Of a stretch of DNA of 33,945 nucleotides, positions 9,899-17,700 are shown piece after piece. Origin of the DNA: a bacterium (GTDB taxonomy: Bacteria; Electryoneota; Electryoneia; Electryoneales; Electryoneaceae). The stretch spans positions 1 to 33,945 of the forward strand of contig JAZDLX010000114.1 in the NCBI GenBank assembly GCA_043801585.1. The letters run 5' to 3'. How positions within the stretch are numbered: the stretch's first letter is position 1; every line of letters starts with the position of its first letter. The notes beneath the pieces were generated by a model. The model saw only the letters and a list, made by a program, of their open reading frames with translations, searched no databases and had not been told where the DNA came from. The position numbers and the translations under genes were made by a program.

Positions 9899-10011
9899 TG
9901 TTTGTAAAATATCCAGCAAAGAACTGAATATGCAACAGAATTGTCGTGCCCAACACAGGAAAGCGGGGCACCTGAGCTCTATAACCTGCACAAGCGATGA
10001 AATCACCGAGA

Positions 10012-10398
10012 ACAGAGCAATTATTGAACAGCGCTCTGTCACCGACCGGACAGAAGCGCATCGGACGCGGAAGCCGGAGCCAGCGTATCCGCACCACCTC
10101 CTGTGTGTGGGCTTCGGTCGGTCAGGAGGATGATGATATGCATTTTGTGAACTTCTTCGTCCGACAGCAACGCATCGCGCGTGCGGACGAGATCACGTTT
10201 GAATCAATAACGGCAAAACCTTGGCTATTCAGAGCTGCATGTTTGAAGAAGTGAAAGACTGATAAAAGATGCAGCAGGAAAATCCATACGATTGCGCGGG
10301 GCAAGCCTCCTTTGATCCTCAAGACATGCCAGCCCCTCCACCCTATAAAAAAAGCCGGTTCTCCGTTCGCCCATTCTGGGCGGTGGAGAATCCGGCTC
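10012..10398 (-). ncRNA. Candidate structured ncRNA, unit A (3' end uncertain)
   Basis: Promoter-like TTGACA-N18-TACTTT (10433-10404); stems 10353-10397, 10234-10275, 10157-10190, 10041-10122, 10012-10039. Confidence 0.35.
10347..10397 (-). terminator. Hairpin plus U-tract: terminator of the HD-GYP gene and/or 5' stem of unit A
   Basis: AGCCGGATTCTCC...GGAGAACCGGCT-TTTTTT on the minus strand. Confidence 0.6.
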
Positions 10399-10479
10399 GA
10401 AAAAAAGTATGGGAAATTCCTGACTTTTGTCAAGCTGTAACTGTTTCACAGGAAATAAACACAAACATCATCCATCTGC

Positions 10480-11661
10480 TCAGAGATCGTAGAGGAAATC
10501 CAGTTTGAGACGGAAGTCATCAGCGAAATCGACTTCGACTGGTACTCCCAGCCTTTCATGGAACTGATCATACAGCAGGGTCACCATCGGACGGTTGAGG
10601 TTCTCCCGATTGACCTTGCTGACAACACCTCGATAACCAACATACTTGTAATATGTAGAGGATTCGAGAATTTCTACGTTCGATCCTTCCGGCAGGGTGT
10701 TGATCACGGACATCGCCATCTGGGTGATGTGCTCGTTGAACCAGCTTGGGGTATTTTTAACAATTTCCTGCACCGCTTCGATTGGCGTGAACAGTGTGCG
10801 CTCAATTTTTCCGGAGACAAGATTGTCAAAGTAATCGGCAGCAGCAATGATCTCCGCGAATCGATGAATCGTCCCGCGGTTTTCGCGGTTGACCTTGGGC
10901 GGTTCACCTGAACCTTTCATGCCCGCCGGGAATCCACTTTCATCCTGCCTTTCATGATGCTGCAGAACGGCCATCGTAATGTGGATGTTGGTGGTTGGAT
11001 CCCGTTCAAGCAGGACGGCTCCCATCTGAGGGTGCATCTTGTAAAGATCTCGCTGCTCTTCGGTGCGATCCAGCGGATGAACCGATGCCAGGTCTGGATC
11101 AAGCCGCAATTTGCCAAGGTCGTGATAGAACGCAGCCTTGGCGAGCAGGATCATTTCCGCACGGGCGAAAGTGAATCCCAGTCCGATCAGAAGGGACAAA
11201 ATGGCCACGTTTGTCGAGTGATTGATCAGCTGGTTTTCCGCGAGATGAACACCGGGAAAATAGACAGGCCTCCGAACGCGGGTGACATCGTTAACCATCA
11301 TCTCGATCGCACGATTGACCAGTTGCTTGGTCTCGAGATCCATCCCGGGCTCTCGCTCCGAGGATGTACCCGTACGCCTGTAGCGTTCCCGAGCAACTTC
11401 ATCGGTGTCAAAGAGTGCGATTTGATTCATTGCCTGCGCAGCAATCTTGCGGGCTTCAATCCCGATCAGGTCCTCAACCTGAATCGACTCCGTTCCGCTC
11501 TCGAGGATGTAGACATAATAGAAGCCCATTTCACGGATCCGCTGAACGGACAGTGGGTCGATCATTGTTCCTTCGGCGAGTAACTTCCGATAGTTCTGAT
11601 CATAAATCGGACGACCAAGCAACATGCCGGTTTTCAAGTTCTTCACGCCGATCTGTCGCAT
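10480..11661 (-). CDS. HD-GYP domain protein (cyclic-dinucleotide phosphodiesterase-like)
   Basis: HSTNVA, HDLGK, HPQMG, HHERQDESGFPAG, IIAAADYFD; N-terminal LKTGMLLGRPIY..LL..G; ATG 11661 after GGGAGG. Confidence 0.88.
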   Translation of the reverse strand: MRQIGVKNLKTGMLLGRPIYDQNYRKLLAEGTMIDPLSVQRIREMGFYYVYILESGTESIQVEDLIGIEARKIAAQAMNQIALFDTDEVARERYRRTGTSSEREPGMDLETKQLVNRAIEMMVNDVTRVRRPVYFPGVHLAENQLINHSTNVAILSLLIGLGFTFARAEMILLAKAAFYHDLGKLRLDPDLASVHPLDRTEEQRDLYKMHPQMGAVLLERDPTTNIHITMAVLQHHERQDESGFPAGMKGSGEPPKVNRENRGTIHRFAEIIAAADYFDNLVSGKIERTLFTPIEAVQEIVKNTPSWFNEHITQMAMSVINTLPEGSNVEILESSTYYKYVGYRGVVSKVNRENLNRPMVTLLYDQFHERLGVPVEVDFADDFRLKLDFLYDL

Positions 11662-11855
11662 CCACAACCTCCCTTACTCCGCGTATACACCACACCAGGC
11701 GAGACTGCATAACGTGATGTAAGGGTTCCTGCCAGATCCCCCATTTCAGTCGATATACTGACTCACAATGCGCTTCACCATGGCATAAATAAAATAGGGA
11801 AAAAGTATTAGTTTTTAGTGTTTTCTCGGACTCTTCCACAGATTCAGGGAGCAAC

Positions 11856-13778
11856 CTAAGGAGCTGAAACCTGAGCACGGATGAGGAAGGCGTCTTTGTA
11901 CTCCGTCCGCCGTACCTGGCGCAATTTCACCCTTGCAGTGTTCTCATCGGTGAACTGGCCGGCCAACAACAGCAACGCACCGTTTCGCGGAACCACCTCC
12001 ACGTTCAATCCCAACAGAGTCGAGGCCTGTTGCGCCAGCTTTTCCGCCTGAGACCTTGAGGTACTCGCCAGATACATGATCTGAATTCGCCACCCCTGCA
12101 CCATTGCAGGCTTTTCCACGACGACCGGCTTGGGTTCAGGAACGATGACCGGCTTGGGTTCAGGAATGATGACGGATTCCGGTTTTGTCACGGGGGGCAG
12201 TGCGAACACAGGAGTTACGATGGGCGGTTCAGGTTCGCTGATGACGATGGGTTCAAGCTCCGGTTCTGGCTCAGGTGTTGGGATCTCCTGAATCGGTGTA
12301 TATTTGGCAAGACCGGTTGTTCCGATCCGGAAGAAGTTACCCCCGTCGCTGAGAAGTTTCAGAGCCATCCCTGGTGCTCCGGTGAGCAGGGTATCCATGC
12401 GGCCGTTCGAGGATGCAAACGAGATCACCGTGCCATCAATCGCGCTTACCACTTCACCGCCGCCATCGTAAGGCATCCACACGGGAGGCTGATCGCCCTT
12501 CCCTTCGACACTCCAGATGGGTTCATCCGCCCCACCAAGCGTGTAGTACGACCAGACAGCGCCATCGGCCGTACGTTCCGCGAGAGCGAATCCGTTTTCA
12601 CTGAAAACGGCTCCGGGATCCGGCATCGATGGAGTCTCGTTCGGGATGATGATCCGTTTCCCGTTTCGATCAAGATCGAGGGAGCGCTGCGGGATTGTAT
12701 ACCTGTGCCGATATACAGTCCAGAACGCAGGATTGGATTTCAGTTGAGTGCTGACTTGGTCCGACTGGAACCAGACATCATCGACGCTTTCGGCGGAAGG
12801 TTTCAGCTGCTGGGTGCGTAGAGGCCTCAATCCCGCCCAGTCCACCGCGGTAAGCTCTCGCGTCGACGCGAAGGTCATGGATTCGCGAAGGCCATAGACC
12901 CAAAGGGTGTCCATCCTGCGGACGCTGGCGCCGGAATAGGGAAGCTCCAGACGGGCCATCTCCTCCCCACTGTCAGGATGACGAAGGTGGCTGTAGGTTC
13001 CAGAATATCCATCGCTCAGGAAGAGCACGCCACGCGGGTGGTTGAGCGTCGAATGGAGGTTTGTGGGATCCTTATCATTCGCCGTCCAGATCGCGTCGCC
13101 GGTGTCACTGCGATGCTTGGACAGGCGTGTACGCGGATTCTCATCACTGCCGATGTGCTCTACGATGAAATCCCCACCTGTGCCCTTGGCAAGAAATTCG
13201 GCCCATTGGCGTGAGTGCAGATGCCAGCGGAGGTCGCCGGTAGCAAGATCGACGTTCAATAACCAGGCGTCGGGACGTTCACCCTTCGCCCGTTCAAACA
13301 GCCGCAACGCCCTCGTCGGAGTTAACAGTTTGGGAGCGGACTGGCAAGCGAGAAAAAGCTGTCCGTTGGAAATGGCTTTGCCGAAGGGAAGATATTCGGG
13401 CAGATAGCTCGACCAAATCACCATTCCACTGCCCAGGTCGAGAGCGGAAATCAATGCGTCGCCACTCTCCGAACGTCCCTTGTACTTCTTGCCCATGTAA
13501 GTGACGTAGACCGCCATGCCTTCGCCGATGACCGGGAGCCCGATCAGCGCATCGCCATCGGGGAATGAATGGCTCCAAAGCTTTTTTCCACTGTCAAGCG
13601 AGACTGCCTCGATCCCGTCCGTCGTCACAAAGATGATCGAACGGAGATCCTGAACGGCGTCGAGCACCGTTGTCCCCGGTTCTACCTCATACTTCCAGGT
13701 CTGCTCCCATGTTGTCGCCAGCGACGAAGATCCGATCATCAGGACCATGATCAGGGAAACCGTGATCGAGGATTTCAT
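11856..13778 (-). CDS. Secreted PQQ/BamB-like beta-propeller protein with Pro-rich linker and C-terminal SPOR domain
   Basis: Signal peptide MKSSITVSLIMVLMIGSSSLA; repeats AVSLDSGKKLW, ALDLGSGMVIW, VDLATGDLRW, SDTGDAIW; PEPKPV linker; GWRIQI...AGQF..EN.A.......YKDAFL (SPOR); GGAGG RBS before ATG 13778. Confidence 0.8.
   Translation of the reverse strand: MKSSITVSLIMVLMIGSSSLATTWEQTWKYEVEPGTTVLDAVQDLRSIIFVTTDGIEAVSLDSGKKLWSHSFPDGDALIGLPVIGEGMAVYVTYMGKKYKGRSESGDALISALDLGSGMVIWSSYLPEYLPFGKAISNGQLFLACQSAPKLLTPTRALRLFERAKGERPDAWLLNVDLATGDLRWHLHSRQWAEFLAKGTGGDFIVEHIGSDENPRTRLSKHRSDTGDAIWTANDKDPTNLHSTLNHPRGVLFLSDGYSGTYSHLRHPDSGEEMARLELPYSGASVRRMDTLWVYGLRESMTFASTRELTAVDWAGLRPLRTQQLKPSAESVDDVWFQSDQVSTQLKSNPAFWTVYRHRYTIPQRSLDLDRNGKRIIIPNETPSMPDPGAVFSENGFALAERTADGAVWSYYTLGGADEPIWSVEGKGDQPPVWMPYDGGGEVVSAIDGTVISFASSNGRMDTLLTGAPGMALKLLSDGGNFFRIGTTGLAKYTPIQEIPTPEPEPELEPIVISEPEPPIVTPVFALPPVTKPESVIIPEPKPVIVPEPKPVVVEKPAMVQGWRIQIMYLASTSRSQAEKLAQQASTLLGLNVEVVPRNGALLLLAGQFTDENTARVKLRQVRRTEYKDAFLIRAQVSAP
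12123..12170. repeat. 24-bp tandem repeat (2 copies) encoding I(V/I)PEPKPV in the Pro-rich linker
   Basis: gaccggcttgggttcaggaa(c/t)gat twice. Confidence 0.85.
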
Positions 13779-13797
13779 GCAGACCTCCATGAGATTT

Positions 13798-14739
13798 CTA
13801 CCAGCGGAACGCCAAGCCGACACGTGGCGTGTTCGCCAACTCATTGAAAAGATAAGCGATACCAGCCTCCAAGGCAGCCGTTCCGAGCATTCGTTGGCGA
13901 ATCCCAAGTCCGAGAGTCACATCCCGATTTTCGCGTGTCGTGCCGATATTTTGCGAAACGCCAGCACGTAATGCGATAATTTTCAATAATTTATATTCTG
14001 TACCGAGGGCGAACCGAGTTTCCACATCGCCGTACACAGCCGGAAGGAAATCAAACGTGAAGAGGGAGCGGTCACGCAACCTGTAGGCGATGCCCGCCGA
14101 CATCCGGGAGGGAACCCCCTCGCTGTAGTTGCCCTTGACGTTGCTGTCCCAGGTCATGTTATTCAACACGTCGTAGACGGCGACCGCGGCGGAAAGTCCC
14201 TGAGCCCAGGGGATGCGCCAGTAGAAACCGAGGTCGATTCCCCAGCCCCAGGCATCTCCGGTCACCTGTCCGACGCCGCCGTCTTCGTTGTTGCCAAAGG
14301 CGGCCCAGCGGAATTTGGTCGTGATGCCGAAGGAGAAGTCGTAAGCGGTTCGCAGACCCGGGAGATGTTCACCGGACACCCCGTAGGAGACGGCAATGGT
14401 GTTTTCCCGAAGGACATCATCGCCGCTGCTCTCGGCGTACCACCCGACACCGGACCGTCTCATCGGCAACGAACCGGAGAGGTAGTTGTAGGGAATCAGG
14501 TTCAGTTGGCGGGCATAGGTGAAAGCGGCGGCATAGTTCGCCTGTTGAGCGAGTGCTGCGGGATTCCAGCGGGCGGCGTTCTCATCGTCAGCAACCGCAA
14601 CGTACGCGCCTCCCATGCCGAGCGGACGCACGCCCAGTCCGATGTCCACATAGGCTGCCGGAATCCCGGAGAGATCCTGTGCTCCAGCGCCGGAGGCGAG
14701 CAGCACCAGGAATCCCGCGACAACAAGCTTCCTGTTCAT
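13798..14739 (-). CDS. PorV/PorQ-like outer-membrane beta-barrel (T9SS-associated, FadL-like fold)
   Basis: Signal peptide; DIGLGVRPLGMGGAYVAVADDENAARWNPAALA signature; C-terminal aromatic residue (LAFRW). Confidence 0.82.
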   Translation of the reverse strand: MNRKLVVAGFLVLLASGAGAQDLSGIPAAYVDIGLGVRPLGMGGAYVAVADDENAARWNPAALAQQANYAAAFTYARQLNLIPYNYLSGSLPMRRSGVGWYAESSGDDVLRENTIAVSYGVSGEHLPGLRTAYDFSFGITTKFRWAAFGNNEDGGVGQVTGDAWGWGIDLGFYWRIPWAQGLSAAVAVYDVLNNMTWDSNVKGNYSEGVPSRMSAGIAYRLRDRSLFTFDFLPAVYGDVETRFALGTEYKLLKIIALRAGVSQNIGTTRENRDVTLGLGIRQRMLGTAALEAGIAYLFNELANTPRVGLAFRW

Positions 14740-14747
14740 GTCCCTCC

Positions 14748-17700
14748 TCATTTGATCAGCACCACCGGTTTCAACTCCTCCTTGCGGCCTTCAGGATCCT
14801 CCGCGATCACCCGGACGACGTACCGTCCATTCCGCGCTTGCCGGCCATCTTCGGTCAATCCGTTCCAGATGATCGAACCAACGCCCCCCAATCTGCTGTA
14901 CACCCCTTTTTCCACCGAAACCCGATCGATCAGGGTACGCACATGCTGTCCCACCATATTGTAAATCTCAATCGTCAGCCAGACGTTCGGAAAGAGGCTC
15001 TGCAATTCGAATTCAACCGAGAGCGGGTAATCACCCTCGGGACTGAATGGATTGGGAGTAAAGATGAGGTTATCAATCGCCAGCGGTTTTGCACCCGCGA
15101 TCACAGCGTAAAGCCCCTCCACTCCTTGTGACGGTGTGGGTACGATGGGAGCCGTGATGGACTCACCGTCCGACGACACAGTGCTGCCGTCCAGCTCGAT
15201 CCATTTCAGGTTGTCAATATCCCATCGGGCGAGTGAAGGATTGCGTTGCGGGGCGCCAGCAGGCAGCAGAAGAGTCAACTCATAGGCCACCCTCTCCTCG
15301 TTCAACGATCCCTGAAGCAGGATTCTGTGTCCGACCTCCTGCAGCGCTTCGATACCCTGCTGGAACCGCTGAAGCTGAACAAGCTTGGGGGTTCTCAAAC
15401 GCAGGCTTCCCTGATTCCCGGCTATCGCTTCAGCCGAGAACCAACCGGTCAGCCGGGTGCCGTCAATGCCCTCCGCGACAAAGGAATCACCCGGCGCCGA
15501 GGTAACGGGCACATACAGCGTCAACCCCTCGCTGGCGGCGCCGTTCTGATCGTTGAAGATACCCAAGATGGAGGTGAGCGGATCGGTGGCCGAAATGCGA
15601 ACCGTTCCGAATTTTCCACTGTCTGACTGGAAAACCGCATTTTGGGTAAACGGCGTGGGAGCAAAGTTCGACTGGTAGAGGGAATCCACGGTCCACTCGG
15701 GAGCCACCTGCATCAACGTGCCACCCGTGTCCGTGGCGACAACGGTGAAGACGATGGAGTCCCCGGCTGCAATCTCGATCGAGGGTGCGCTGACCTGGAG
15801 CGTGCCGAGCGTGCGCATAACGTTGTTCAAGGGCAACATGGACGATGCCGTCAGCGTCGACGATCCGGTCTCTTGCGTGACCAGCACCCTGACAGTGTCC
15901 AGCCCCTCGCCCGTGGAGAGGTAGATCGCGCTGTCCGCCCGCAATCCGCTGGTGTCCACCTCGAACATCGAACTGGACCAGGTAACACTCCCGGAGTCGA
16001 TAACGGATTCGGTCAACAGGCTGTCGAGTTCGTCAAATGCGCTGACCGTGAGCAGAAGCGGGACTCCCGGTTGCACTTCCTCCACGGAGGGCGACAGCAC
16101 GACCCGGCTGAGACGCCCGATACTGCTGACTGTCAGGGTTGACGCGCCCCCCGGACCGCCGATGACCAGACCGCTGTCCGTGGTCAGTTCCGGGTAGAAG
16201 GTGATCGTTCCCGACCCGCTTTGTGGCGGGATCATCCCTTGATAGGTCACATTCGCCGCGATACTCGTGCCGCCCCGAACGGAGTGAGAAGGAATTGTTA
16301 TTGATTTCCGTACTGAACGATCCACATGACGGAAAAGAGTCGGCGCGGATACCGATGATGATCCGGACGACGTGCTCGTGACTTCCACCATCGGAACTGT
16401 CCGCGAAAAGCCCTCTCCCACGGCCGTGTAGTAAAGCAGGGCCGAAACGATCGTATAGGAGTCGGGCACCTGGATCTGAACCGTAATGCTGTCCCCGACA
16501 TTCCCCACAGAGGGAGGCGTGTACGGCAATCCGAGTGGAATCACCACGCCAATCGAGTCACCGTTCACAATGGATCTGCTCAATGGAGCGACTGGCAGCA
16601 ACCCGGTGACCGGTGTCACCTCGATGAGATAATCGCCATCGGAGAGATACGGATCGGTGATCGCAACGCCATCCACGTCCGTAACCAGGACAACTGAGAA
16701 CAGGCCGTCCGTGGAAGCGACGGAGACAACGTTCCCTGCGACCGGATTCCCCGATTCATCCACGATCGTAACACCGATCTGGCCACTCGCATAGACAAGG
16801 TTGACGGTCGCCGTTTCACCATCGGACAACAGGAATCCGGCGGATTCGACGGTGCCGAGGGAATCGTGTGTGGCGGAAATCCGGTAGGTATAGGGCGCGG
16901 ATACGGATTGTGCGAAGCCTCCCATACTATCCGTGGACGTCGTGTAGGCGTGGGTTCCATCGAGGGCTGACATCACGATGGTGGCACCTTGGACGGGAGT
17001 GGTTCGATGGACGAGCGATCCCTGAATGGTACCTGATCCCTGCCCCGGAACGAGGACAAAATCAAGATCCGGGTGGCCTTCTCCTGATGTGTGCAGAAAC
17101 GTCCTGTTGGATGGAGATGTCGCGCTGGATGGTTGAACTGTGAAACCGCCATCCGACGTCAAAGTGAATGAAAAATGTCCAGCGGAATCTGTGGTGTCGG
17201 TTTCCAACGTATTTCCAGCGTCATTTTTCCATCTGATGATGATATCCGGAGCGGGATCGTTTCCATCGAAACCGAAGATTGTCCCCGTGGCCAGATCCGC
17301 AACGGCATCGAGAGTCAGGTTAGCGGCAGCCACCTCACCGGAAGTCAGGTCGATGCTAACGCTTGCAGTCTGATAGCCGTATTTATCCGCAGAGACTGCC
17401 CAGGAGCCACTTGCGATATTGGTGAAACCGAAATCGCCCGATCCTCCTGTCACCGTTGAAAGTGTCTGAGAACCGACAGCTGTCACAACGGCGTTCGGGA
17501 GCCCGCCACCTTCAACGTTGGTGACCCTCCCGGTAATGGACGTTGACTCCGCCGTAAAGGTCCAATCGAGGTTCAGGATTTCACCAGCGGGCAGTTCAAC
17601 CTCCTGAGAATCAGGAATGACATAGCCATCCGCAGAGGCATGGACCGTTAATATTCCCGGGCGCAAACCGCGAAGACGGTAAGTGCCGTCGGAGGTGCCA

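Noticed and set aside
10039..10143. 34-aa ORF MHIIILLTDR..., resembling an ilv attenuator leader
   Set aside because: No RBS and no branched-chain amino acid genes downstream.
10122..10433. ORF with a hydrophobic stretch (AIVWIFLLHLLSVFHFF) as a type I toxin
   Set aside because: No start codon at a proper distance from the AAAGGAGG, and unit B has no equivalent peptide; kept only as a weak alternative.
9490..10440. Identification as tmRNA, RNase P, SRP or CsrB-like RNA
   Set aside because: No tRNA-like T-arm/CCA end, no GAGGAAAGUCC, no SRP loop motif; GGA motifs are not clearly enriched on one strand.
13779..13907. Upstream extensions given in the ORF track (also 23247-23288, 30678-30782, 7655-7684)
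   Set aside because: They overlap neighbouring genes or lack an RBS; downstream ATGs have an RBS, translational coupling and/or a signal peptide.
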